Assembly (NCBI GenBank): GCA_902514945.1 | Contig: CABXSO010000003.1 | Location: forward strand, 6,439-70,438 | DNA length: 64,000 nt | Origin: an uncultured Pelagibacteraceae bacterium | GTDB taxonomy: Bacteria > Pseudomonadota > Alphaproteobacteria > Pelagibacterales > Pelagibacteraceae | Direction of reading: 5' to 3' | Part shown: one piece after another, positions 50,006-63,924 of the stretch | Position numbering within the stretch: position 1 is the stretch's first letter | How the letters are laid out: each line of letters opens with the position of its first letter | Notes under the pieces: generated by a model | What the model saw: only the letters and a program-made list of their open reading frames with translations | Databases searched by the model: none | What the model was told of the DNA's origin: nothing | Made by a program: the position numbers and the translations under genes

Positions 50006-50891
50006 TTTTAATTTCCTTATTTGATAAAAATAAACCTAATATAATTAAAATTGCTCCAATCAAGTGAAAAAGTTGAAATTGTTCATTATAAAAAAAAATT
50101 GCCATTATTGTGCTAAATAGAGGAATCAAAGACAAAAAAATTCCAGCTCTATTGGCTCCAATAATAGATACAGCCCCAGCCCAGCAATAATATGAGCCTA
50201 TGCTTGGAAAAAGTGCCAAAAATATTAAAGTGTAAACTATATTTAGATCAAAGTTAATTAATTGTCCATTTGAATACTCATATAAAAATTGTGGAAAAAC
50301 AATTATCAAACCAAATGTACAAATAACATGCACTAAAGTTAATAATGGTAAAGTAAATTTTTTTTTCTTTAAAAGAGTTGAATAAACTCCCCAAGTAATG
50401 ACTCCTCCTATCATTATTAAATCTCCTTTATTAAAATTAAGTAAGAGTAGAATATCTAAATTAAGTTTAGTAATAATGGCTAGAATACCGCCCACTGAAA
50501 TAATGAGACCTAAAATTTGAAATTTATTAGTTTTTTCAACTTTGAATAAAAAACACAGTAAAATAATTATAGCTGGTATAGCAGTGTTAAAAAGAGATGC
50601 ATTAATTACCTGGGTGTAAACTAAAGATAAATAAGTAAATGAATTAAATAAACCAACACTTGTAAATCCCAAGAAAAATAACAAAGGTAAATTTTTTAAA
50701 ATAGTATCTTTATATTTAACTATTTCTTTATAAGTAAAGGGTATTAGTATGATCCAAACAAGTAACCAGCGATAAAATACTAAAGACAAAGGAGGTATTT
50801 TTTCCAAAAAAGCATACTTTCCCACCATAAAATTACCAGCCCAAAATAGCGTTGCGCATACCAGCATAATATATGCTTTGGTATTTTGCAT
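49998..50891 (-). CDS. DMT/EamA family transporter
   Basis: FWAGNF, R.L.A-like helix, GD, GANRAG..L.P; about 10 TM. Confidence 0.9.
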   Translation of the reverse strand: MQNTKAYIMLVCATLFWAGNFMVGKYAFLEKIPPLSLVFYRWLLVWIILIPFTYKEIVKYKDTILKNLPLLFFLGFTSVGLFNSFTYLSLVYTQVINASLFNTAIPAIIILLCFLFKVEKTNKFQILGLIISVGGILAIITKLNLDILLLLNFNKGDLIMIGGVITWGVYSTLLKKKKFTLPLLTLVHVICTFGLIIVFPQFLYEYSNGQLINFDLNIVYTLIFLALFPSIGSYYCWAGAVSIIGANRAGIFLSLIPLFSTIMAIFFYNEQFQLFHLIGAILIILGLFLSNKEIKNA

Positions 50892-50895
50892 TTTA

Positions 50896-52137
50896 TTAAT
50901 TGAATCTAGATGAGCTATAAGGGGCTAAATTAAGATTGGTATTTTCTTTAGCTATCATTCCTGAGACAATCTTTCCAGATATTGGGCCTAATGTCCATCC
51001 TAAATGATGATGACCGAAACAATAGAATACATTTTTATGATTTTTTGACGGACCCATAACTGGTAAAAAGTCGGGTAATGTTGGTCTAAATCCTAACCAT
51101 TCATCTTCATGATCAGGTAAATCTCCTAACATATACTTTGCATTAATAATTAAATTTTTTATACGAGATTTGGAAAGAGGATTTTTCAAACCTCCAAACT
51201 CTACTGTTCCTACAACTCTCAATCCTTGTTCCATAGGAGTTATACCAAAACCCCTATTAGAAAAAATAACTGGTCTTTGTAAAAGATGGTCACAGTTTTT
51301 AAAATGAACATGATATCCACGTTCAGTATCTAGTGGTATTTTTTCATCTAGATTGTCTGTTAATTTTTTTGAAAAAGCTCCACAGGCTATTATCACTCTA
51401 TCAAATAGGAATTTTTCTGCTTCGGACTTTAATATTGGTTGTTGATCCTTAAATTCGATACTGTTGACATTTGATTTTTTAAATATTCCGCCTTTTTTAA
51501 TAAATAAATCAAAAAGTTTTAAAAGTATCTTTTTTGGATTTCTTGCGTGTCTGGCGTATGGATAATAAACTCCAGCATGATAAAAAGGTTTTAAATTTGG
51601 TTCTAAATCGTGAATTTCTTTTTTATTTACAAGTTGTTGTTGAACACCTAACTCATTTCTGACGTTAATTTCTAATTCTCTACTTTTTAAATTCTTATCA
51701 TTCCAGACATATAAAATTCCTTTTTTCTCAACTAGTCCATCAATATTAACTTCATCGAATAATTCATCATAAGCTGGTAAAGCTAAATCTAAAATTTGAT
51801 GCATATTTTTTGCAGTATGCATCATCTTATTTTTTTGTGTATTAAATATAAATTTCATAAACCAAGGGATCATTTTTGGAACATAGTTCCATTTTAAAGC
51901 AAGAGGTCCTGCCGAACTCATTAGCATAGATGGCACATCTAATAGTATGTCAGCTCTATTCAAAGACAGTGATGCATAAGGTGAAAAGTGACCAGCATTT
52001 CCATATGACGCCACTGGACTTCCTGGATTTTCTCTATCAAAAATAGTTACTTTAAAACCTTTCTTTTGTAAAAATAAAGCATTAGAGATTCCTTGTATAC
52101 CGGCTCCTATTATACCAACGCATAAATTGTTATTCAT
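50896..52137 (-). CDS. dadA: D-amino acid dehydrogenase (DadA-like FAD oxidoreductase)
   Basis: GAGIQG, ASYGNAG, ERGYH, W.GFRP..PD..P, GH.HLG.T. Confidence 0.8.
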   Translation of the reverse strand: MNNNLCVGIIGAGIQGISNALFLQKKGFKVTIFDRENPGSPVASYGNAGHFSPYASLSLNRADILLDVPSMLMSSAGPLALKWNYVPKMIPWFMKFIFNTQKNKMMHTAKNMHQILDLALPAYDELFDEVNIDGLVEKKGILYVWNDKNLKSRELEINVRNELGVQQQLVNKKEIHDLEPNLKPFYHAGVYYPYARHARNPKKILLKLFDLFIKKGGIFKKSNVNSIEFKDQQPILKSEAEKFLFDRVIIACGAFSKKLTDNLDEKIPLDTERGYHVHFKNCDHLLQRPVIFSNRGFGITPMEQGLRVVGTVEFGGLKNPLSKSRIKNLIINAKYMLGDLPDHEDEWLGFRPTLPDFLPVMGPSKNHKNVFYCFGHHHLGWTLGPISGKIVSGMIAKENTNLNLAPYSSSRFN

Positions 52138-52187
52138 TTGTTAATTATATAATAAAATTTTAATTTAGATGAAGCGACAAATTATAC

Positions 52188-53312
52188 TTAGGCAATAGAT
52201 TGTTCACTATGAGTCTTGGCGCTCATGACAATTCCAAAACCTATCATTGTTGCTAACATTGATGAGCCACCATATGACATTATAGGTAATGGAGATCCTA
52301 CAATTGGAAGTAAACCAAGAACCATGCTCATATTTATAACTATATAAATAAAAATTGATGTTCCAAAACTATAACAGAATAATTTTGCAAAATAACTTCT
52401 TGAAAGAGCACCAATTCTGATTATTCGATAGATAATTATTGCATAGATTAAAAGTAATATTACTGAGCCAATAAAACCAAATTCTTCTGAGAATAAAGTA
52501 AATATAAAATCTGTATGTTTTTCAGGAAGAAACTCTAAGTAACTTTGTGTTCCTTTAAGGAAACCTTTTCCGGTAATACCACCTGATCCAACAGCTATTT
52601 TTGATTGTATTATTTGATAGCCAGCTCCCAAAGGGTCTCTATCTGGGTTAAGAAAAGTTAATACTCTAAGTTTTTGATAAGGTTTTAGAAAAGAAATGAT
52701 AATAGGCAATGAAATTATTGATAATAAACAAGAATAAAAAAAATATTTATGATTTAATCCAGCAAACCACAAGACAACAATACCACTAATCGCAATAAGT
52801 AGCGAAGTGCCTAAATCTGGTTGTATAATTACCAGACTCATTGGAACAAATATAATTATTAATGAAAAACAAATAGAGTAAAAAGAATTCACATTTTGCG
52901 CCTTCATCCTATGAAAATATTTTGCTAGACATAAAATGATAAAAATTTTCATCAATTCAGATGGTTGAATATTTAAAAAATACAAATCAATCCATCTTTT
53001 AGATCCTGATGCAGTAATACCAAAATTTACAGTCCAAATTAACATTCCTAAAATGATTACGTAAGATAAATAACCAAGAGAAAACCAAAATTTTATATTG
53101 ATAAATGAAATCACAATCATCATTGAAAAAAAAATAATAAATTTAATAAAGTGACTTCTTGTATGAAATAAAATTTCACCCCCATCAGTAGAGTACATTG
53201 TTGCAAGACTGATAAATCCCAGTATCAACAAACATGATAGAAGCACATAATCTAAATTTCCAAATTTTTGAAAAAAACTATTTTGGTTCTTAAATCTTGT
53301 GTACTGGTACAT
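52188..53312 (-). CDS. rodA: Rod shape-determining SEDS protein
   Basis: QPSE..K, QPDLGT, GYQIIQS.IAVGSGG, PEKHTDFIF, SYGGSS. Confidence 0.96.
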   Translation of the reverse strand: MYQYTRFKNQNSFFQKFGNLDYVLLSCLLILGFISLATMYSTDGGEILFHTRSHFIKFIIFFSMMIVISFINIKFWFSLGYLSYVIILGMLIWTVNFGITASGSKRWIDLYFLNIQPSELMKIFIILCLAKYFHRMKAQNVNSFYSICFSLIIIFVPMSLVIIQPDLGTSLLIAISGIVVLWFAGLNHKYFFYSCLLSIISLPIIISFLKPYQKLRVLTFLNPDRDPLGAGYQIIQSKIAVGSGGITGKGFLKGTQSYLEFLPEKHTDFIFTLFSEEFGFIGSVILLLIYAIIIYRIIRIGALSRSYFAKLFCYSFGTSIFIYIVINMSMVLGLLPIVGSPLPIMSYGGSSMLATMIGFGIVMSAKTHSEQSIA

Positions 53313-55186
53313 TAGATATCCAAATATTTTTTGTTGTCGTAATTTTTTCTAATCTCATGTCTATCAACAATCATTTTAAATAATTCTTTAGCTAATGGGG
53401 CTGCAACAGTTCCTCCAGAGCCGCCATGTTCTATAATTATACTAAGCGCATATCTTGGATTTTTGTAAGGCCCAAAAGCTACATATAAAGCATGATCTCT
53501 CTCCTCATAAGCAATTTGAAATGTTTTAAGATCTAACTCACGATCTCTTTCAGTTATTTTCTTTACCTGTGAGGTTCCAGTTTTTCCAGCAAATTGATAT
53601 TTAGGATCATCTAATCGAGATCTGTAGGAAGTTCCCCTTACTTCATTTGTTGAACTGAACATGGCATCTTGAACAATTCTTATATTTCTAGCCTTTTTGT
53701 ATAATGGCATAAACTTATCTACATATTGATTGTCATTATTTTCAACTATTTTAGGATAAATTTTAAATCCACCATTAGCTATTTGTGCTGTCATCAAGCA
53801 TAATTGTATTGGAGTTGTTTGAATAAATCCTTGACCAATACCAGTAATTATTGTTTCACCAAGTACCCAATTTCTTCCTAATGCATTTTTTTTCCATTCT
53901 GTATTAGGAATTAAACCCTTCTTTTCATTATCGAATATATCTTTAAAAACTTTCTTCCCTAATCCAAATTCTTTTGCAGTAACGCTTAATTTATCTACAC
54001 CTAACCGCCTTGCGACTTCATAAAAATATGTATCGCAAGATTGTTTCATTGCCTCCCTTAAATTTACAAATCCATGTCCTTCTTTTTTCCAACAATGATA
54101 AGTTTGACCGTACAATTCCAAAGGATTTTTATGTCCTTTGCACTGAACTGTAAAATCTGGACTAATAATTTCATTTTCTAAAGCTGATAAAGCGACAATA
54201 GGTTTTATTGTTGATCCTGGAGAATAATTTCCTGACAATGATTTATTAACTAAAGGTTTCATTGGATTATTTCTTATTAATTGCCACTCATCTTGACTTA
54301 TTCCAAAGACGAAAGAATTAGGATCAAAAGATGGAGAAGAATGCATGGCAATTATTGCACCTGTATAAATATCCATTACGCATATAGATCCTGCTTTTTC
54401 TTTTAGTAATTCATTAGCTAATTCTTGAATTTTTGTATCTATTGTAAGTTTAATTGTTTCTCCTTTATCTCCTTTTTGAAATGCTAATTGACTAATCCTT
54501 CTACCATAAGCATTAACTTCATATCGCTCTACGGAATTTGATCCAATTAATTTCTTCTCAAATGATCTCTCTAAACCTGTTTTTCCAACTTTTAATCCAG
54601 GCACAAATTTCTCTTTTATATTTTCATTTGTTAAAAGGTCATTTTCATTTGCTTGACTAACATAGCCTAGAACGTGAGTAAAATTTTCTTTATATGGATA
54701 ATCTCTTGATATTGAAATGACTGGTTTAACTCCATTAAGGTCATAAAGGTGATTGTTTATCTTTGAAAATTTTTCCCAATTTAAATTATCTGCTACAATT
54801 AATGTTTCCCAAGGTTTTATTTCGTTCTTTTTTTTTATAATTTTTTTAAATTGTATTTCACTCAGTCCTAATAATTCTTTAACACGATAAATTACGTATC
54901 TAAAATCCTCCACTTCTTCTGGTATAATATGAAGTTGGTAGGCCTCAAAATTTCCAGCAATAGTATTTCCAAAATAGTCTTGAAATTCACCTCTGATAGG
55001 GGGCAATTTCCATTCTCTAATTCTATTTTTATCAGATAGTGTTAGGTATTTTTTATTCTCTTTAACTTGTAAAAAAAATAATCTACTGACTATTCCACCT
55101 AAAATAATGATTTTAGCTGTTGCAAGAATAAACATTCTTCGATTTAATGAATTTAACTTAGTTGCGTTGTCGCTTATGTTAATCAT
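53312..55186 (-). CDS. mrdA: Penicillin-binding protein 2
   Basis: PGSTIK (SxxK), SCD (SxD), KTGT; in mre operon. Confidence 0.96.
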   Translation of the reverse strand: MINISDNATKLNSLNRRMFILATAKIIILGGIVSRLFFLQVKENKKYLTLSDKNRIREWKLPPIRGEFQDYFGNTIAGNFEAYQLHIIPEEVEDFRYVIYRVKELLGLSEIQFKKIIKKKNEIKPWETLIVADNLNWEKFSKINNHLYDLNGVKPVISISRDYPYKENFTHVLGYVSQANENDLLTNENIKEKFVPGLKVGKTGLERSFEKKLIGSNSVERYEVNAYGRRISQLAFQKGDKGETIKLTIDTKIQELANELLKEKAGSICVMDIYTGAIIAMHSSPSFDPNSFVFGISQDEWQLIRNNPMKPLVNKSLSGNYSPGSTIKPIVALSALENEIISPDFTVQCKGHKNPLELYGQTYHCWKKEGHGFVNLREAMKQSCDTYFYEVARRLGVDKLSVTAKEFGLGKKVFKDIFDNEKKGLIPNTEWKKNALGRNWVLGETIITGIGQGFIQTTPIQLCLMTAQIANGGFKIYPKIVENNDNQYVDKFMPLYKKARNIRIVQDAMFSSTNEVRGTSYRSRLDDPKYQFAGKTGTSQVKKITERDRELDLKTFQIAYEERDHALYVAFGPYKNPRYALSIIIEHGGSGGTVAAPLAKELFKMIVDRHEIRKNYDNKKYLDI

Positions 55187-55685
55187 CTATGCTTTTTAAA
55201 TACCTCTTAAAAAAGATTGAAAATATTATGTAAAATAAAAATGTAAAAAAATTATTTATAATGAAAAGCGTAATATCCAATTCATAAGAAAAAAATAAAA
55301 ATAGAATTGAAAAATTAATGGAGTTAATCAAGCTAATTATAAACAAAAAATAGAACCAATCTTTAATTAAATTTGGACTAATTGTTATATTTCTTAAGTA
55401 AGTAGCAAATATACAAATTAAGATATATGATAAAGAACTTATACCTAATGGTAAACCAACAACAGTATCATTAAATAGCCCTGCTAAAAAAACTAATAAA
55501 TAATCAAATCGCTGGTATTCTTTTAAAGCAAAATAAAAAATTAATATAAAAGGAAAATTAAATGAAAAGTAATCAATGTTTAAGTAATTGAAATCAAATT
55601 CATTAAATACAGAGATAAATAAAGTAAGAATTGGTAACCACGTATACAACTTATATAATGTGTTCTTCTTTTTAAATTTAATCAC
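55179..55685 (-). CDS. mreD: Rod shape-determining protein MreD
   Basis: Hydrophobic; GLF.D...G.PLG; between mreC and mrdA. Confidence 0.85.
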   Translation of the reverse strand: MIKFKKKNTLYKLYTWLPILTLFISVFNEFDFNYLNIDYFSFNFPFILIFYFALKEYQRFDYLLVFLAGLFNDTVVGLPLGISSLSYILICIFATYLRNITISPNLIKDWFYFLFIISLINSINFSILFLFFSYELDITLFIINNFFTFLFYIIFSIFFKRYLKSIDD

Positions 55686-56898
55686 TTTTCTTTCCTTTTT
55701 GCATTATGCATTCTTTATATTCTGGAGTACCTACTTTAAAACCGTCGCTAAAGAGTTTTTTTGATTGACACTTTGAGCTATAGATTAAATTTAATCTTAA
55801 AAATTCTAACTCTTTTTTATCTAAATTATATTGCTGAATAACATTTTTTTGAAAAGCATTTTCTGCTTTTAATATCTCAATTTGTTTATTTAATTCGTTA
55901 CTTAAAGTATTTAATTCTTGATTTTCCTCTTGAAATTTAGTGTTACTATCTTCTAAAATTTGTAATTCATCGTTTATTAAATTTAATTTTATTTGCTCGG
56001 TATTTGCAGAGACTTTTGTTTGATCATTTTCTTCAATTTCATTAAATGTTGGTGTCAATTCATCAATCTCCGCAAAAACATACTTTAATTGAGTAAAATC
56101 ACTGTAAAAATTGATCAAAATTTTTTTATTTTCGTCTTTTAAATCAACCGTTCCAACAGGAATTCCACTTTTGAAAATCGAGCCAGTGCCTGATGTGTAT
56201 GCAATTCCATTATCATCAATTTTGTTTACAAGATCGTTTTTGATGTATTTAATTTCACCTTTTTTATCTCCATTACCAACAACAATTGCCTGAACATTCC
56301 CAGGTGTGATAGAAACAGGAATATTTGAATTTAAATCAGTTAATAACAACACTCTTGAATTTGTATAATTTACTTCTATGACCCGTCCCACAAGATAGCT
56401 TCGATCATAAATATTTGTTCCAATCTTTAATTTTTCCTTGCTTCCTTTATTGATTATAATCGATCTCAGAAAAGGACTTTCGTGATCAACGATTACCTTT
56501 GCTAAAATCTTATTTGATGTAACCGTATAACCGTCAATAAGACTTTTGAGTTCATTATTTTCGCTTTTAATAATTCTAGTTGAAATATTTTCAGATTTTA
56601 ATTGGTCTAATTCTTCCTTAGTTATTTTATACTCTTCATAAAAATTGGTGTATTCAATTAAATTTAAATAGGAAGACTTGATAAAATTTTCTGGTAGTGA
56701 AATTATAAAAGAAGATCTGTAAACAATTTCTTTTATAACTGTTTTCGTCACACTTATTGCTTTGAAATTTAAACTAGACAAAACAATTATAAAAATTGAA
56801 AAAAAAACTAAAGTTAATAATGAAAATTTCTGTTTAGTACTTTTTTTTAAAAAAGCAGATCTTATTGCTATTATAAAATCATCTCTGCTTTCGGCCAT
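55678..56898 (-). CDS. mreC: Rod shape-determining protein MreC with extended C-terminus
   Basis: N-terminal TM, LVGRV, VLLLTD.NS.IP, TSG.G.IF..GIPVG. Confidence 0.92.
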   Translation of the reverse strand: MAESRDDFIIAIRSAFLKKSTKQKFSLLTLVFFSIFIIVLSSLNFKAISVTKTVIKEIVYRSSFIISLPENFIKSSYLNLIEYTNFYEEYKITKEELDQLKSENISTRIIKSENNELKSLIDGYTVTSNKILAKVIVDHESPFLRSIIINKGSKEKLKIGTNIYDRSYLVGRVIEVNYTNSRVLLLTDLNSNIPVSITPGNVQAIVVGNGDKKGEIKYIKNDLVNKIDDNGIAYTSGTGSIFKSGIPVGTVDLKDENKKILINFYSDFTQLKYVFAEIDELTPTFNEIEENDQTKVSANTEQIKLNLINDELQILEDSNTKFQEENQELNTLSNELNKQIEILKAENAFQKNVIQQYNLDKKELEFLRLNLIYSSKCQSKKLFSDGFKVGTPEYKECIMQKGKKSD

Positions 56899-56903
56899 CT
56901 TTC

Positions 56904-59515
<2,612 letters not shown>

Positions 59516-59602
59516 ATAAATACTTTTGATGAAAGAAATATACAACCTATCGTTTAGATTGCAAAATAAAATAGTAATTTTAGCCCAAATTGGATCTATA
59601 TT

Positions 59603-60637
<1,035 letters not shown>

Positions 60638-60645
60638 TTATAAAT

Positions 60646-61194
60646 TTATTTAAATGTCTCGGCACCTCTAGTCATAGCAATTGCCCCAGTTCTTGAGGTA
60701 CTTGTAAGACCATAGGGTTTTAATTTTTTACTCATTTTATCAATTTCTCTTCTCAAGGCAGTTATCTGTATTACAATTGATTTACTTGTTTTGTCTAAAA
60801 TTACAGGATTAAATTTTTTACATTCTTTTAAACACTTTTCTATCTTTTTTTTCTGAGCGACAATTTTAAGTAGTGCCATTTCTTTGAAAATAACTTTTTT
60901 ATCCTCTCTCTTAAAATCTGCAACTTTATGGACTGGAACCAGTTTTTTTAACTGAAGTTTAATTTGATCAATCACTTGTGGTGTACCTGTAGTTACAATT
61001 GTTATTCTCGAAATATTTTTTGTAGCATCAACTTCAGCAACTGCTAATGACTCTATGTTGTAACCTCTTCCAGAAAATAATCCTACTACTCTAGCCAAAA
61101 CTCCTGCTTCATTATCAACCCAAACAACAAATATATGAGTGTCTAATTTTCCTATTTTAGTGGGTATGCTATAAGCTGACTTTGGAGATGACAT
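60646..61194 (-). CDS. ilvN: Acetolactate synthase small subunit (IlvN/IlvH)
   Basis: NEAGVLARVVGLFSGRGYNIESL ACT domain. Confidence 0.95.
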   Translation of the reverse strand: MSSPKSAYSIPTKIGKLDTHIFVVWVDNEAGVLARVVGLFSGRGYNIESLAVAEVDATKNISRITIVTTGTPQVIDQIKLQLKKLVPVHKVADFKREDKKVIFKEMALLKIVAQKKKIEKCLKECKKFNPVILDKTSKSIVIQITALRREIDKMSKKLKPYGLTSTSRTGAIAMTRGAETFK

Positions 61195-62960
61195 TAAACT
61201 AATGACTTACCTTTTCCAGTAATCTTATTTTCCATCTTATCATTTGGTCCCAAAATCATTTGATTATGAGGTTTTCCAGATGGTATCATTGGAAAGCAAT
61301 TTTCATTAGGATCTACGTGACAGTCAAATATAACTGGACCTTTATAATCAATCATCTCTTTGATTTTATCGTCTAATTCTTGTGGATTATCAGCTTTGAT
61401 ACCTTTGCACCCATAAGCCTCAGCTAATTTTACAAAATCAGGGAGGGCCTCTGAGTAACTTTCAGAATAATTTTTTTCATGAAGTAGCTCTTGCCATTGT
61501 CTAACCATTCCCATGTATTGATTATTCAAAATAAATATCTTTATAGGTAAGTTATATTGAACTGCTGTAGACATCTCTTGCATTGTCATCAATACGGATG
61601 CTTCACCTGCAATATCAATTACTAATTTATCTGGATGAGCAATTTGTACTCCTACTGCAGCAGGAAGACCGTATCCCATGGTTCCTAACCCACCTGACGT
61701 CATCCATCTATTAGGTTTGTTGAATTTATAATGTTGTGCGGCCCACATTTGATGTTGACCCACTTCAGTCGTGATAAATGTATCCTGATTTTTTGTGAGT
61801 TCATATAATCTTTTTACAGCATGCTGAGGTTTGATATCTTTATCACTATTAATAAACCCTAAAGAGTCTTTTGTTCTCCATTTTTGGATTTGTTCCCACC
61901 ATTTTGAGATTTTTTGTTTATTTGAAATCTTTAATCCATTCTGTTTTTTATTAATTTTCTTGATAGCTGATTTAATTACTTCATTAACATCTCCAACTAT
62001 TGCAAGATCTACTTTTATTATTTTATTAATTGATGAGGGATCAATATCAATATGAACTTTTTTTGACTTAGGTGAAAACTCATCGATCTTTCCTGTTATC
62101 CTGTCATCAAATCTTGCACCTATGTTGATCAATAGATCGCAATCATGCATTGCATTATTTGCTTCGTAAGTTCCATGCATACCTAGCATTCCAATAAATT
62201 GATTATCATCCCCTGGAAATGCACCTAACCCTTGTAGAGTTGATGTGATTGGAAAACCGATTAATCTTACAAACTCTTTCAAAGTTTCACTGGCCTTTGG
62301 ACCTGAATTTATTACTCCACCCCCAGTGTAAATAATTGGTTTTTTAGAATTTGAAATTAAGTTAATTAACTGATCAATTTCATTTTGAGAAAATTTATTG
62401 TGTGATTTTCCATTAAGTTTTTTTTCTTTTTTAAATTTTTTATAACTTACTTTTGCAAACTGTATATCCTTAGGGATATCAATTAAAACAGGACCTGGTC
62501 TTCCAGTCGTTGCGACTTTAAAAGCCTCGTGCATAACACTTGATAAATCTTTAACGTCTTTTACTAACCAATTATGTTTTGTGCATGGTCTCGTAATTCC
62601 TGTGGTGTCACATTCTTGGAATGCATCTGTACCTATCAAATGGGTTGGTACTTGACCAGAAATACAAACTAATGGAACTGAGTCCATGTATGCATCTGTT
62701 AGTGCTGTGACAACATTAGTAGCACCTGGACCAGATGTGACTAAAACAACACCAGGCTTACCCGATGATCGCGCGTACCCCTCCGCGGCATGACCAGCTC
62801 CCTGTTCGTGTCTTACCAAAATATGCTTAATTGATGAATGATTTTTAAGTTCGTCGTAGATTGGCAAAACTGCACCACCTGGATAACCAAAAATATATTC
62901 AACCTCTTGATCTTCAAGACATTTAAATACGATTTCTGCACCAGTGAATAATTTAGACAT
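61194..62960 (-). CDS. ilvB: Acetolactate synthase large subunit (IlvB/IlvI)
   Basis: FGYPGG, RHEQ, TSGPG, GMLGMHG, SGGLGTMG, GMVRQWQ. Confidence 0.97.
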   Translation of the reverse strand: MSKLFTGAEIVFKCLEDQEVEYIFGYPGGAVLPIYDELKNHSSIKHILVRHEQGAGHAAEGYARSSGKPGVVLVTSGPGATNVVTALTDAYMDSVPLVCISGQVPTHLIGTDAFQECDTTGITRPCTKHNWLVKDVKDLSSVMHEAFKVATTGRPGPVLIDIPKDIQFAKVSYKKFKKEKKLNGKSHNKFSQNEIDQLINLISNSKKPIIYTGGGVINSGPKASETLKEFVRLIGFPITSTLQGLGAFPGDDNQFIGMLGMHGTYEANNAMHDCDLLINIGARFDDRITGKIDEFSPKSKKVHIDIDPSSINKIIKVDLAIVGDVNEVIKSAIKKINKKQNGLKISNKQKISKWWEQIQKWRTKDSLGFINSDKDIKPQHAVKRLYELTKNQDTFITTEVGQHQMWAAQHYKFNKPNRWMTSGGLGTMGYGLPAAVGVQIAHPDKLVIDIAGEASVLMTMQEMSTAVQYNLPIKIFILNNQYMGMVRQWQELLHEKNYSESYSEALPDFVKLAEAYGCKGIKADNPQELDDKIKEMIDYKGPVIFDCHVDPNENCFPMIPSGKPHNQMILGPNDKMENKITGKGKSLV

Positions 62961-62966
62961 CTAAGC

Positions 62967-62996
62967 AATCTAGCTGAAGTTGTGCTGATTGGTCAA
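62967..62996 (-). promoter_or_regulatory. Sigma70-type promoter for the ilv operon, probably leaderless
   Basis: TTGACC-N18-TAGATT, then 6 nt to the ATG; no Shine-Dalgarno. Confidence 0.55.
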
Positions 62997-63012
62997 GACT
63001 AATAGAGAATAT

Positions 63013-63921
63013 CTAAATTTTTTTTAAAAGTTTGTTCAGTTCCTTAGGATTGATTTTGTTCCAATCTTTCATATTTCCTCTCGCCCAAGTAGTCTGTCTT
63101 TTAGCATATTGCCTAGTCTTTATTGATATTTTCTCAATTAATTGTCCAATTTGAATTTTTTTTTGAAGATATTGCTTAATCTCACTCACTCCAATTGCTT
63201 TATTTAAACTTTTATTCTTTGGAACTCTCAATTTAATTAATTTTTTAACCTCTAAAATAGCACCAAGTTTAATCATCTCCTCAGATCTCTTAACTATTCT
63301 CTCTAATAAATCTTTTCTTGGAAAATCGACATAAATTTTAAAAAAATCGTCGTGATCATAATCAGACTTAGTGTCTTTAAACCAACTTATCATAGATTTT
63401 TTTGTATATGACTTAATCTCAAATGCTCTTATGGATCTTTGTACATCTAAATTATTAAGTCGATTTTTTATTAAAGGATCTATCTTTAATAATTTTGAAA
63501 AAAATTTTTTTTGTCCAATTTTTTTATGTAAATTTCTTACTTTATTTCTAAAATTTGAGGGAATTTTTGGAATATCTACTAACCCATCAATTAAAGCCTT
63601 AAAATAAAGTCCTGTACCTCCAACCAAAATAGGAGTTTTTTGATTTTTTTTACAATATAAAATTTTTTTATTAACTAACTTAAGCCAATCACCTGTAGAA
63701 AAATTATTTTTTGCACTTTGAAATCCATACAAATGATGACTAATTTTTTGTTGATCTTTTTTAAATGGTCTTGCTGTTAATATCTTTAATTCTTTATAAA
63801 CTTGCATACTATCAGCATTTATGATTTGCCCTGAAACTTTTTTCGCTAACTTAACCGCAAACTTTGATTTTCCGGATGCTGTAGGTCCATAAATTAAAAT
63901 AATTTTGGATTTAAAATCCAT
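63013..63921 (-). CDS. miaA: tRNA dimethylallyltransferase
   Basis: GPTASGKS, NADSMQVY, VGGTGLY, TRQYAKRQ.TW. Confidence 0.97.
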   Translation of the reverse strand: MDFKSKIILIYGPTASGKSKFAVKLAKKVSGQIINADSMQVYKELKILTARPFKKDQQKISHHLYGFQSAKNNFSTGDWLKLVNKKILYCKKNQKTPILVGGTGLYFKALIDGLVDIPKIPSNFRNKVRNLHKKIGQKKFFSKLLKIDPLIKNRLNNLDVQRSIRAFEIKSYTKKSMISWFKDTKSDYDHDDFFKIYVDFPRKDLLERIVKRSEEMIKLGAILEVKKLIKLRVPKNKSLNKAIGVSEIKQYLQKKIQIGQLIEKISIKTRQYAKRQTTWARGNMKDWNKINPKELNKLLKKI

Positions 63922-63924
63922 AAA

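Noticed and set aside
59516-59602. Possible leu attenuator or N-terminal extension of leuA
   Set aside because: No Leu-rich leader or terminator; the region reads as a promoter (TTGCAA-N16-TATATT), so the TTG start at 59545 is unlikely
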